Of a DNA stretch of 64,000 nucleotides, positions 27,141-39,081 are shown piece by piece. This DNA is from Torpedo marmorata. Lineage: Eukaryota. The stretch is from contig OZ360235.1 of the NCBI GenBank assembly GCA_977017645.1, forward strand, positions 48,050,001-48,114,000, given 5' to 3'. The position numbers were made by a program, and so were the translations under genes. The first letter of the stretch is position 1, and each line of letters opens with the position of its first letter. Under the pieces are notes generated by a model. That model ran no database searches. It saw only the letters and a list, made by a program, of their open reading frames with translations, and was not told where the DNA came from.

Positions 27141-27224
27141 TGTTAAATGCTGAACTGTAGTTAATAAAGAGCATTCTGATGAATGCATCTTTATTTCAGT
27201 AACATTTTGTCTTCCTTTTTCCGT

Positions 27225-27560
27225 CACTAGCCGTGGGGAAGGGTATCCGGGGGTCTTGACTGAAGTTCCTCAGCCGGCAGAAGGACGAAGCCGAGAGCGG
27301 CGCTTTAGGTTGGTTTGAGCGGCATTTCTGGGAAGGGGCACTGGGAGGCGCTGGTGGGCCGCAAGTATGGCGCACGCGCAGTTCCGCGCCGTGGGCGAGC
27401 GGAGGATCCGAGGTGCGCGCGCTGACAGGTCAGTGACAAACGTTCGATAGAAACAACAAAGGGGCGGAAAGCGGCGCCCGCGGCCCGGTAGGGCGGCCGG
27501 AACTGGGGCAGCTACTGCGCCGCTCGGCACCATTATACAGGCCTCTCCCACCGCATACGC
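27225..27560 (+). promoter_or_regulatory. PRDM4: CpG-island promoter and probable non-coding first exon of PRDM4
   Basis: Dense CpG in an otherwise CpG-poor region. NRF1-like GCGCACGCGCA at 27370-27380, GC box GGGGCGG at 27461-27467, candidate donor CAG|GTCAGT at 27428/27429. Confidence 0.7.
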
Positions 27561-28599
27561 ATCAGATGTTGCAGTGAGCTGCCCAGGGAGGCCGGAGACT
27601 GGGGTTCATGTCGCCGTGTACACCCAGTAGAAACTCGGCTCAACACTTGCACCCAACAGCAGGCCCAGTGCTGGGCAATAGTTACACAGATACGGGTTGC
27701 TAGTGCGCTGGTCGGTTGTATTGCAGCATAAACGCACCGATTCTGCGCCGCCTGTACCTGCAACAACTCAATGTAAGGCCTATGTTTACACCGACTCTCA
27801 GCATGGGTTGTGTGGCACTGACGCTGCACGATCGATGCTACAGCAACTCTGTGCCACGCTTGTGTTTATACTGACTGCAAGGTGTGTCCACATTGACTGT
27901 GCATGAACTCTTGGCAGTACACGACTCGGTGCTGACCTACATTGACTTGACATGGCCTGTATCAACACTTCTGCAGGGACTGTGCCGACTGCTTGCTATA
28001 AAGCCATCTCCACTTGCTGCAAAGCCAGTGCCAACATTCTGCCCGTGGTCTGCGCTTTTACACAGACTGAAGGCGCTGTGTAGACACAACCCACACAGGC
28101 TATGTCAATACTGACCCTTCATGCACTTCACAAGGGCTCAGTATGGACTGTGTCTATACCGGCTCTGCTTGGGATGTATGTTCATCAATTTTACAGGCTA
28201 TATCTATACCAACTCTTCACGGACTGTACACAATTCTGCATGGGCAGTTCACGGACATTGACTGTACTGACTCAGCTCCGGCTGTGTTCGCATCAAGTCT
28301 GCACAAAAGATGTCTAATCCTGCGCAGTTTATACCAACTCCACATTGTCGGTGTTTGCACTGATTCTGTGCATATTGTGAACTGACTCTCCATGGGCCGA
28401 GTCTACAACACCTCTGCATGGACTGTGTTTACACTTGTTTCTACATTAACTGTGCAAACTGTGAAAGGATCAAGCATGGACTGGCTGTGCATAGGTCAGC
28501 ACAATGTCTGCACCAGCTAAGCATGGGCTGTATTCAAATAAGTTCTGTTATAGACAGTGCACAGTGAATCAGGAGTGACTGCTGCTTACACCAACACTG

Positions 28600-29070
28600 C
28601 ATGTGCTGCATCTGTACTGACCCTGCAAGGACTGCGTCCGCACTGACCCTGCACAGACTGTGTTCACTTCCGCATGGTCTTGCATGGATCACATCCATGT
28701 CTACTGAGCCTGGACAGACTGTGTTCATGTCCGCACTGACCCTGCTTCACCGACTCTGCAGGGACTGCATCCATGTCCACACTGACACTACACGGACTAC
28801 GTCCACACTGACCTTACACAGACTGCGTCCATGTCCGCACCGACCCTGCATGGACCGCGTTCACGTCCGCACCAGTCCTACGTAGTGTCCACATTGCACA
28901 GACTACATCCATGTCCGCACTGACCCTGCACAGACTGCATCCATGTCCATACTGACCCTGCACGGACTGTCTCCATGTCTGCACCGACCCTGCACGGACT
29001 ATGTCCATGTCCACACTGACCCTCCACAGTCTACATTCATATCTGTCCGATCCTGCACAGACCGTGTCCT
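28600..29070 (+). repeat. 32-bp minisatellite (ccatgtccgcactgaccctgcacagactgcat), degrading leftward to about 27700
   Basis: ccatgtcc recurs at 28909 and 28941 and onward with the same period. Confidence 0.85.
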
Positions 29071-29084
29071 GCGTTGTCAACATC

Positions 29085-29870
29085 CAGCTCTACCACGTTG
29101 CCACCACTCTTGACCCTATCTCTGTCTCTCACTGCTTATCTGACATCTAGTTCTGGAAGAGCAGACTTTTCCTCTGAATATTGGGAAGATGGAGTCATTG
29201 TGTTTGATCTTAGTCACAAACTGTTCCTTGGGCACTGACTTTCTCCTTAGCAATTGTCTTGAACAGAACTGGAGTATTTGCAACTTGGATGTTGTATTTG
29301 ATCTGATCTTAGAATCCTATATCAGTGAAGACTGACTGTTTACACATTTGTGATTTTGCGTGACTCTGTTTTTGAAATCCCCAATCATGCGCTTGCGGTC
29401 TCTAGGTAACTATTCCAGTGCATTTCTAAGCAGATTCTTTCATTCTACTCCATAGAGAGCTGCCCATATTTCAACCTGCATCAAGTCTCTTTCACTGATT
29501 ATCTCTGGTAATCATTGATCCACATTGGCTCCCAATTAAGCAAAGCCTTGAATTTAAAATTCTCATCCATGTTTTCAAATCTCTCCATGGTCTAGACCTT
29601 TCCAAACAGTGTAAACCTTAGATACTAGTGCATCTGCATTTTTTACTGCTTGAATTTAATCACTTCATGGTCAGCGACCATGCCTTCAATTGGCAAAACA
29701 ATGAATTCCAGAATTTATTCCTTACACCTCTCCTCTCTTTCCTCCTACTTCCTCAAACTTACCTCTTTGCCAAGCCCGTGATCATCTCTCCTAACATTGG
29801 AGACAATAATTTTTTTCTTGAAAATGCTCAGTTAAGCACTTGGGTACATTTTGCGATGTTATTTCATGTT
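29085..29870 (+). mobile_element. Old L2-type LINE 3' fragment (similar remnants near 35100-35340 and 60050-60250)
   Basis: cattggctcccaattaagcaaagccttgaatttaaaattctcatcc encodes the HWLP...FKILI motif. Confidence 0.6.
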
Positions 29871-30053
29871 TCCATGCTGCAGAGGAGTACTCTGGCTAGA
29901 TCTCTGCTGGACTGGTATTTGGATTGGATGGGATTATGTTGGGGTTCCAGTCTGGGTAGAAATGATGAGGATGTATTTGTATTGCACTGGACTTAGTTAT
30001 GTGCATTGACATCCACACACGGTACCCTGATATTATTCTTTTGCTTTGTACAG

Positions 30054-30117
30054 TGGAGACAGATGGATGATTCAACCATGAAAACTTTTTGCGATAGAGT
30101 AAAAAAGATTAATTCAG
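30054..30117 (+). other. PRDM4: Candidate 5'UTR exon of PRDM4 carrying an upstream ORF
   Basis: Acceptor ttcttttgctttgtacag| and donor CAG|GTATAT. The main frame contains a stop (TAA 30110-30112), so the exon cannot add coding sequence. Confidence 0.45.
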
Positions 30118-30701
30118 GTATATTCCTGTTTTTATCTTGGCATCAGAGGAAACCAATTTCTTAAGTATGGAACCAGGCTGCTTTTTCAATTTGTTATTTT
30201 GTAATGCATTGAGGAAGTGAGCAATGAAAGAGCAATGTGCTAAATGACAGGTAGTTGAATAGGATATTATTTCAAAAGTGTTGGGATTAAGAGATGGAGC
30301 AGGTTTAGTGCATTTAGCTCATTAAACCCTGGTTTCTGACTGAGGACTGGTATTAAGAAGCACAGTTTTAGGATCAATATAGTTCAGAAAATGATTGTAT
30401 TTTCCAGAGTTTAATATTCATTAAGTGGATGGACAGTGGATGCACCGAAGGAGCATCTGGAACCATGGTGTCGAGGCAGATATAGTATAAAAATTATAAC
30501 TGGCAAAAAATCTCATTACAGATATTGGATTAATCTAATTTACTTGATAGAAAGGGAAAACATGTTTTGTTTGACCAGTTGCATCTAAGTATTGCTTGCT
30601 GTATACTTTTATGGAAATGGACTGTCAGTGATGAAGTGCTGCCACTGTGGCTGACCTCAGGCTGCAGTCACTGATCACATGTGCATTGCAAATTTTTCAG
30701 C

Positions 30702-30831
30702 ATGAATGACATCAACCTGAGTCCTGTGGGCATGGATCAGCTGAGTGCTTCATCTGTCAGTAGTACCTTGCCTGTTACAGCAAGTCACCTGGGCATGAGT
30801 TCACCCACTCACAACCCTCTCCCAACTCCAG
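30702..30831 (+). CDS. PRDM4: PRDM4 coding exon 1 ([43 protein letters not shown])
   Basis: Acceptor tttttcag| at 30700, ATG at 30702, donor G|GTAGG. Matches the recalled PRDM4 N-terminus MNEMNLSPVGMEQL. Confidence 0.9.
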
Positions 30832-32178
30832 GTAGGAAATGCTGATAATAAACTGGGATAATTCAGAGAGTAGTGGCTAAATATTTCCTTCTGGCCCGCA
30901 GACAGCCTTTACCCTGCAATCTATGATGAACAAATGCATTTTCTTCCCATTGGAATATAATTTATTGCAAGTTGCCTGTAGTATTTTTTGATAATTTTAC
31001 TTGAGATCATTGAATAAGTTGAGTGCCTTGCTGTAAATTAGCAAGCCTTCTCTTTCCCCATTTCAGATCCAAATTAGGATTTTTTTTTGAGATTCAACAT
31101 CATTGAGGGATCTTAATCCTATTTTCCCTAACTTTGTGTCTTTTTGAACCAATGCTCAATTGTTTGGTCTTAAACCAGTCTTTTGGATTGAAACTGTTGA
31201 ATCAGCAATGTCGAAGCTCTCTTCATAGTTTTATTTATTTTTAGATAAGTTTGAAATCTCAGATGAATATATTCCAAAATTGAAAAATAGATTTGTTTCT
31301 GAGGGTCTATGGCGGAGAGAAGCTAGTAGAGGCAAAATAACTACATTAATCCAATGAATTATTTAATTTGAATTAAAATGTTAGGTGCCCCGTTGCTGAA
31401 CAGTTCATTTTTCAGATAGACTGTGCAATGTGTTTCTCCTTCAAATGATCAGAACCACCAATGTCAAAATCAAGGTCATGATTCTCAACAGGTCGAAGTA
31501 TGCTTTATGGTAAGGCTGAAACAGAACAAAGAAAATCCCAATGTTACTCTCTTAGTTTTGTTTTAGTAATGCATTGATAAACTGCGAATTGCAAGCACTG
31601 TCAAAGCTGGATTAGCAAAGCACCACTGACTTTGCCTTTTACCTGGACTTTTATTCTGTACTTGAGGTTATTAACTGAGTATAGGAATCTCAGCTGGCTT
31701 TGATGTGGGGTAAGGGATTGAGGGATGTATAACATTTCTGTGCGTAGATTCAAGCACTTATTTGGATGCTTCTTAGGTCAGGCATGTGGAGAAGAATGCA
31801 TTCTAAACAGGGTTTGTGGTTTCTGGATAATTTTAGTGTAAGACTGGAAGACCCATGAAGTACTGCAAATTTATCGTGTGCAACAGAATTATGACCTGGG
31901 TCACTAATTTGAAACTGAACATGACAAATTCAGTTCATTAGATTCAGTATTTTTACCAGTACTTTGGGATCTAATTTTGTGATTCCATTCTCCTTTGTAT
32001 CTATGCCATAATTTGATCATCAATATTGTAGTGTATGGTCGGAAAAAAATTATTACAGAGTGTGATGGACGAGTAGTTATTTTTCTCTTAGGCAAAACAT
32101 TTAGTTGGGTCATGCACCCTATTAAGTATTTAATATACGTTCACTGTGTTAATTCATTTCTTGGTCTTTCAATTGTAG

Positions 32179-32364
32179 GAATGCCTGTGGCCATACCAAA
32201 CCTTAGTCCTTCCTTGGGCACTCTCCCGTCTGCCCTTTCATTAATGCTTCCAATGAGCATTGGAGAACGTGGAGTAATGTGCAGCATTCCAGATCGGAAT
32301 TATCCTTTACCACCTCCTCCTTATCCACACTTGGAAAACAGCTACTTCCGGCATATTTTGCCAG
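32179..32364 (+). CDS. PRDM4: PRDM4 coding exon 2 ([14 protein letters not shown]...[18 protein letters not shown])
   Basis: AG/GT boundaries, 186 nt, phase 1-1, contains the PPPPY motif. Confidence 0.95.
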
Positions 32365-33411
32365 GTAAGCCAAAACCTGACTGCAGAAGAAAAACATTTA
32401 GCATTTGATTTCTTGTAACTTTGACATGCAGGCAGAAAGTTCTTCTGTGTTCCAATGATTGACTAGCACAACACAGTTCTCCATGTTTGTTGTCCATCAG
32501 CCCTCCTTTTCAAGTGTTCTTAGTGTAACTGCACTGCTGCCTCGCAACTGTGTCACACTCCATTGTGTTATTGTTTGTCTCTAGTGTACACTCTTCATCT
32601 ACTTTTACAACTTCTTTGCAATCCATTCATATTTCCATGCTGCCTTTCACATTTTCATCTCACTTTTACACTCTCATACTTCCTTCCACCTTTTGTGCTG
32701 CCAATTTCACATTCCCTTCATTTCGTAGTGCTGCTTCCTTTACAATTCTATCAATTCACTGTGCTGGCTTTCACAATCCCTTCATCTCCCCTTGCTACCT
32801 CTTTTGCACTCTGTTTTGTACTATTTTGTGATTACTTTCCCTTTCAGATGTTGGCTGCAAATTATCATTATTTTTCACGAAAGTTACAAAATGGTGACTT
32901 TTTGTCCTCACCAGGTTTTTCATAGGATCTTGTTTTATATACAGTGTAGCACCACCCCTTCTCTAATCTTGAAATTATTTATTACTTTTTCTTTAATTCC
33001 TTCTCTCAAAGCTAAAGACAGCTCCAGAACAAGCAGACTAGCTGCTCCTGTATCTCACTGATACTGTTGGTCACCACAAGGACTGTGGCAGGTTTGACCT
33101 GTTTTAGATCACTGAGAATGTGGAAAACTAGTAAGATGAGTCATGGGATTTCATTATTGTGAAATTTTACTTTCTGCAATATATTTGATTTTTTAAGTGC
33201 TCTGGAAAATGCTCACTTGCATTGGGCATTTCCACAATAAACATTTGAAATCCCCTTTCACTTCCCAGATTAATTGCTTTCATGCAAAAAAATCTGTTTC
33301 TACCCATTTTGTTTTTCTCCTTCTTAAATGTGATGATGGAGAATCATAGTTTGATCTGAAGTTAATGTTTTTCACTTTCCCCACTGATTTATATTTGTAA
33401 CTTTCATGCAG

Positions 33412-34209
33412 GTATTTTGTCTTATTTGGCTGACAGACCACCTCCTCAATACATCCATCCCACAGCTATCAGTGTAGATGGCAGCCCTGCACTACCTGTT
33501 TCCAGCAATCCACCTTCCCTGGATCATTATGAACCCAATAGTGGAGTGAGCTTGGAGTCTGGCATCGTCTCAATAGATTCAAGACAAGTAGGTTCTCACA
33601 ATTCCCAAAATTTGCACCAGAGCAACAGCACAGAGATCCCATTGGATGCCAACATCTCCATGGAAGCGGTTTCCAGGGTAAACAGCCCCATCTCAACAGA
33701 AGGAATGAATGAGGAGATGACAATAAATGGAGTTACAGGAGAGCCTCAGACATTGTCCTCTGGGTCCAGAAGCCATGAAACAATAACTGTTGACTCAGTG
33801 CGGACTAATTTGGAACCAGAGGCAGTAGTGGGACAGAATGCAGTGATTCCAATTCATACTAACTCTCTGGAGTTGCCGGTTGTCATGGAACCGGAATCAA
33901 TGACAGGTCGGGTAAGCAACATTTCAGAGAACTCTCTGAGTGACTCTATCCATGCTGCTGCACTGAACTCAAACACAGGAGGAGTGGCTCTTCCTTCTTC
34001 TCACTCCCTGCCTTCACTCGAGCCGGTGTCTCTACATGGATCAAGTCTGGGATTGGACACAGTCTCTGTTTCCACCATTACAACAGATGTCTCCATGAGT
34101 TCTAACCAGGTTGATGTGTCTGCAGAAAACCTCACATTTGTGTCAGGATCTCTGCAAATGGAAGATTCCAGTTCCAATAAAGAAAACCTCACAGATTCTT
34201 TCACAATCT
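33412..34209 (+). CDS. PRDM4: PRDM4 coding exon 3 (GILSYLADRPPPQY...NKENLTDSFTI)
   Basis: 798 nt, phase 1-1, acceptor tgcag| and donor T|GTAAGT; corresponds to ORF 33417-34235. Confidence 0.95.
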
Positions 34210-34464
34210 GTAAGTTGTATTTTTTGTTAACATAATTGTTAATAAAATTAAATAGCCTTGAAAAATTATGGTGTGTAAATTGTAATGTGCTTCAAACAGT
34301 GCATTAAGATGCTGCTCCACAGGGTCCCATTCCATCTTAGAGTGACTCCATCTCTCAGTGGTGTTGCATCATGTCCCAAAGTAGAGTTTGTGATAGCATG
34401 GGCCGTGCATGCTCAACCAGTTATAAAAGTGTCTCTTTCACAAGATTCCATGAATGGAGAGAGC

Positions 34465-34799
34465 AGAGTATATACTTGTGTAAAAGTCAAGTTTTTTAGA
34501 CCATTTTTTAATGTTACATTTATGGGGTCGACTATTACATGCATACTACTTTTGACCGCGGTAAGTACCTGCGTTGTTCGAGGCATCAGGAGTTCCGATG
34601 GGCGGGCGGTCGGAACCAGGTGGTAAGTCCGTGTTCGAGGTGTCAGGAGCTCCGATGGGCGGGCGGCTGGGACCAAAAATAAGGGGGAGGGGGAGTCAAC
34701 TTTTGCACACGATATTTGGAAAATACCAGATTTTGGGGCCAAAAATATAGGGGAGTCGACATTTACATGGTATTGACTTTTACACGAGTATGTATGGTA
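34465..34799. mobile_element. Degenerate pogo/Tigger-type MITE in a PRDM4 intron
   Basis: Imperfect TIRs gtatatacttgtgtaaaagtc / gacttttacacgagtatgtatgg and gtcgact subterminal motifs resembling those of 58812-59549. Confidence 0.6.
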
Positions 34800-35340
34800 C
34801 CTAACAAAGGACCTACTTGGAAGGAAATAATGGCCCTGGCATACGCTATTTGTTGCTCATTTGTGCAGAATAATTTTGTGCAAGGAGCAATAAAATGTGT
34901 GTTGTATACCATTTAGCATCACTGAATGCCCAGTGTCCTCCGTGCGTCTGCACATTGTATGCACAGAGGAATTGGAGCAAAAATCTGGAAATGTGTTGAT
35001 TGTAAACTTGAAGTCATTCAAAACTCTGCCAATCATTCCCTAAGTTCAATTCACCCATTACCCAAGTGCTTGTAACACTAATGTTGGGTCGTGGCTAAGC
35101 AACACTTGATTTTAATGTTGCAACTCTTGTTTATAATTTCCTTCATAATTTCCTCCCTTTCTACCTTTGTTATTTCCTCCATCCTTAAGCCTTTGAAGAT
35201 TTCTGTGCTCCACTAATTTGGGGTCACTTATCCACAGATTTATTTGTTTCATCATTGGCCTCCAGTTGCCAAGACACCAAGTTCTGCAAATACCCTCTTT
35301 TAAACTTCTCCACCTCGTTTAGCCTCCTTCAAGATACAAG

Positions 35341-35880
35341 TGTAAAACACAAAAATCTGCCGACACCGTGATTGAAGTAATAACACAATGCTGGAGAAAC
35401 CCAGCTGGTCAAACAGTGTACTTTATATTGCAAAGATAGATACAAAACCAACATTTCAGGCTTCAGCCCTTCATCAAGGTACTGTATTAGCAAAATGTAG
35501 GCAGGCGCCCAAACAAAATGGTGGGGGGTGGTGGGGCAGGGAGAGGAGTACAGTCCCACAGACAGGAGGTAATAGGTGGATAAGGGAGGAAAGGCACACC
35601 AGCAAACAGGGGCTGGCTCTCTGAAGGGAGAGAGAAGGGGGTGGAGAGCTGGAGGAAAGAAGACAGAGTGATGGGGAAGAGAGGGAGAATGGGGAGTAGG
35701 CTAGCAGAAACCGGAGAAGGTAGGAGAGTGCCCAGACGGAAAATTAGGTGTTGCTCCTCTAATTTATGGGTGGTCTTGGTTGACAGTACAAGAGACCATG
35801 GACAGACATGTCGGCACGATAGTGGAGCACAGAAGTGAAATGGTTGATCCCTGTCACTGATGCGGTCAGAGTGAAGGTGC
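35341..35880 (-). mobile_element. Penelope-like 3' fragment
   Basis: Reverse-complement homology to 21330-21755. Confidence 0.8.
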
Positions 35881-36180
35881 CCACTTTAACCTTTAAGATA
35901 CACCCCTGTTAGTTCTGCTTTTGATCATCTTCTATCATGTTTCCCCATGTGACATAGCATTAAACTTTTTTTGATAATGCATACATGAAAAGCTATGGTG
36001 GTTTAACTGTACTAAAGGTTGTAAAAGTAATTTTTGTTATTATTTTATCTTGCTGGTCACAGGTTGGCTGTAACTGGCTTTGGCAGCTGGCAACTACAGA
36101 CCATTGTCTGAACACTTTTAATAGGAATTGTTAAAACGTTTAGCATGGGTATTACTCTGTTTTTATTCTCTGTCCTTCAG

Positions 36181-36330
36181 GGTGCACTCTGTGCGATCGG
36201 GCCTACCCTGCAGACTGTCCTGAACATGGAGCAGTGACCTTCATTCCAGACACACCAGTCAACAGCCGAGCCAGACTCTCGATTCCAAGACAACTGACCC
36301 TCAGGCAGTCCATCACTGGAGAAGATATTG
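36181..36330 (+). CDS. PRDM4: PRDM4 coding exon 4 (zinc knuckle WCTLCDRAYPADCPEHG and start of the PR domain)
   Basis: 150 nt, acceptor tccttcag| and donor G|GTATGT. Confidence 0.95.
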
Positions 36331-37017
36331 GTATGTGGGAGGTTTTGCCATTTTAAGGATTATTTTCAGAATCTTCTAGAATTTCTGCAGTGAAAATCAT
36401 GTAGGCTGCTGTAGAATAAATTTATAGACTTGGTAGTTCATATAATTTTAATATTTATAACATGGTTCTCATGCATTGTTTATTTTAGTAGAAGAATGAT
36501 GCACATAATTTTTTATGGAAATCGAACTTTGATATTGTGAAAAGCATTTTTTAAAAATTGCTTATGGCAACATTAGCTACTTCCAGCGTACCCTAAATCT
36601 ACTTTACAATGTGGAGCTTCCACTAAATCAGCCACTCTTCCACACCAAACCCAGCTGGGTTATATACTCTCCAAACCTAGCTTCTTTCCATTCTATTCAG
36701 TCTTTGCTAATCTTTAGTTATTCAATTGTTCTATAAACCAGTTGATGCCACGCTTTAAGTCTGCCATTGTCCATTAGATCCATCCTTGAATTGTAAATTG
36801 TAATGTGCTTCAATTGGTGCATTAAGATGCTTGCTCCACAGGATTCGTTTCTAGTTTGGTGTGAGGCCCTCTGACATTGAGATTCTATCATGGTCCAAAT
36901 TGATATGAGTGACAGAATGGCCTTGCACACCAAACTTGTCATAAAAATTCTTGTCCACAAGATTCACCAATGATTTGATGATAATGATTATCCTAACCAG
37001 ATTCTTTATTCATTGCC

Positions 37018-37416
37018 TCACTGAGATTGTCTGAGAGCACTGACTGTGTCTCACTGAGATTGTCCCATGCATTGACTGTGTCTCACTGAGATTGTCCCAG
37101 AGCACTGACTGTGTCTCACTGAGATTGTCCCAGAGCACTGACCGTGTCTCACTGTGATTGTCCCAGAGCACTGACTGTGTCTCACTGTGATTGTCCCAGA
37201 GCACTGACCGTGTCTCACTGTGATTGTCCCATGCATTGACTGTGTCTCACTGAGATTGTCCCAGAGCACTGACTGTGTCTCACTGTGATTGTCCCAGAGC
37301 ACTGACCGTGTCTCACTGTGATTGTCTCAGAGCACTGACTGTGTCTCACTGAGACTGTCTCAGAGCACTGACTGTGTCTCGCTGAGACTGTCTCAGAGCG
37401 CCTACTGTGTCTCACT
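37018..37416 (+). repeat. 33-bp minisatellite (tgactgtgtctcactgagattgtcccagagcac), about 12 copies; resumes at 39082 and decays toward 39500
   Basis: Periodicity is directly visible. Confidence 0.9.
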
Positions 37417-39081
37417 AGCCCCTTTCACACTGGCACTTGAACCCAGTAATTAACTGCCAATTTACCGGTTCACCTGCCAGTGTGAACGCTCCCGAACTGG
37501 TAGGGGGGGGGGTCCAAATCGACTCGGGAATTAACCGCCTAGGGAAGGTGTATCATTGCCGATCCGTTTTGAATCGGCATACTGGGTCGCCCAATGTGAA
37601 TGGGCAAACCGGTATGCCGGGTCCAATTAGTGATGCGTTGATGACTTTCTTACGTGCGTGCAGGAAACAAAAGATATTCTTCCAAATAACAACACTGATT
37701 TAAAAAGAAGGTATAAACTTTGTATTCAATTTACTAAATTCGCAATCCTGATCAATGTATTATGATCTTGTATTTAAACAAAATTCTTCATGCTTAATTA
37801 AAACATAATTAAGCATTATGTACAGCACAGTAAGAGCCCTTCAGCCCATGTTGTTGTGCCGACCTATATAAACCTACTCCAGTATCAGAAAATCGTAGCG
37901 GGAATAAAACACACACGAATAAGAGCGTGGGAAAATACACGCACAATTTATAAAGGACCATGGGAAAATCGTAGCGGGAATAAAACAGACAAGAATAAAA
38001 GAGCGTGGGAAAATACGCGCACAATTTAATTAAACAACTGAATTAAAGTATACTTCAAAAGTTCTGTTTTAGCTTGCGGCAACAATACACCCAACTAATT
38101 CAGTCGTCTTTATTGTTTGTTATTTTCTTCAATGATTTTGTCTGCTCTATTATCTTCCTGCTGTTGGGTGTGGTGTGGGGGTGTGCGTGTGTGGGGGGGG
38201 TGCGTATGTGGGGGTATGTGTGTGGAGGTCCCTGCACCCAGGACATGCAGCCAGCTGATTACTCCCCCGGCACCACCGTCACCTTCAGCGGCTCCTCCAA
38301 CCCAGCCAGATGCCTGCGCGCCGTCGTTGCCATCTTCGACTTTGCCTCCTGTGACCGCGGTGACTGCAGTTTTAACAATTCAGCCACCCTTGATGACCGG
38401 AAACTTCCTGTACGTTTCTCAGTGGCGTATCTAGGGAAAATAGCACCTGCAGCAAGCACTGAAATTGCGCCCCCCCTTTAAAACTTACTTACGGGCGTGG
38501 GAAAATGGTAACGGGGATAACACGCACGCACACAGTTTATAGCAAGGGTGGAAAAGTGGTAGCAGCAATAAAACACATACGCGCACAATTTATAGCGAGC
38601 GTGAGAAAGTTGCAGCGGGGATGAACTATATGCACATACACACAACGAAGTGGGTACATACAACAATCAAGGATAGATAGATATGTCTGTGAGAGACAGA
38701 GAAAGATGGGAGAGAGAAAGGGTGGGGAGGGAGAGAGAGACAGACAGACTGCGGGCAGGCAAGGAACTAGCCGCCTTTTCCTTTAAATCCCCCGTGTCCC
38801 AGTGTGCCTTGGCATAATGAAAGGGCGGTATGCACAGAGCACTCATAGATGGGTTTCTCTGCCGCACGGAATTCTGGGAGGGCAGGTCCGCCATCACTTG
38901 ATGCGTCACTCAGGACGTCACCGCTGGAGGATAGGCGTCCCTTTGCTCTGCGCTACCGGGTAGGTAATGTGAAAGGGCACACAGAACCGGTTTTACTTGG
39001 TCCAGTGTGAACAGCCCTACCGGTATTTCAAAACGGTTCATTCACCCGCCAATTTAGCGGTTTGCCAATGTGAAAGGGGCT
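37417..39081. mobile_element. Non-autonomous PIF/Harbinger-like DNA transposon
   Basis: TIRs AGCCCCTTTCACACTGGCA / TGCCAATGTGAAAGGGGCT; 3-bp TSD ACT (37414-37416, 39082-39084) whose removal restores the satellite unit. Confidence 0.8.

Larger units (their letters stand above)
20277..27195 (-). mobile_element. Rex1/Babar LINE split into collinear pieces (20277-20347, 20434-20745, 21942-22017, 23214-23310, 24164-24522, 27141-27195) by nested insertions
   Basis: Pieces read in order: [26 protein letters not shown]; KELIVDFRK; LANFYRCVLESVLTGCITVWYG...IIKDPHHPAHALFSLLPSG. Confidence 0.8.

Noticed and set aside
37018-37416. CRISPR-like or coding repeat array
   Set aside because: Head-to-tail 33-bp units with no unique spacers, inside a vertebrate intron; the ORFs are by-products of the repeat.
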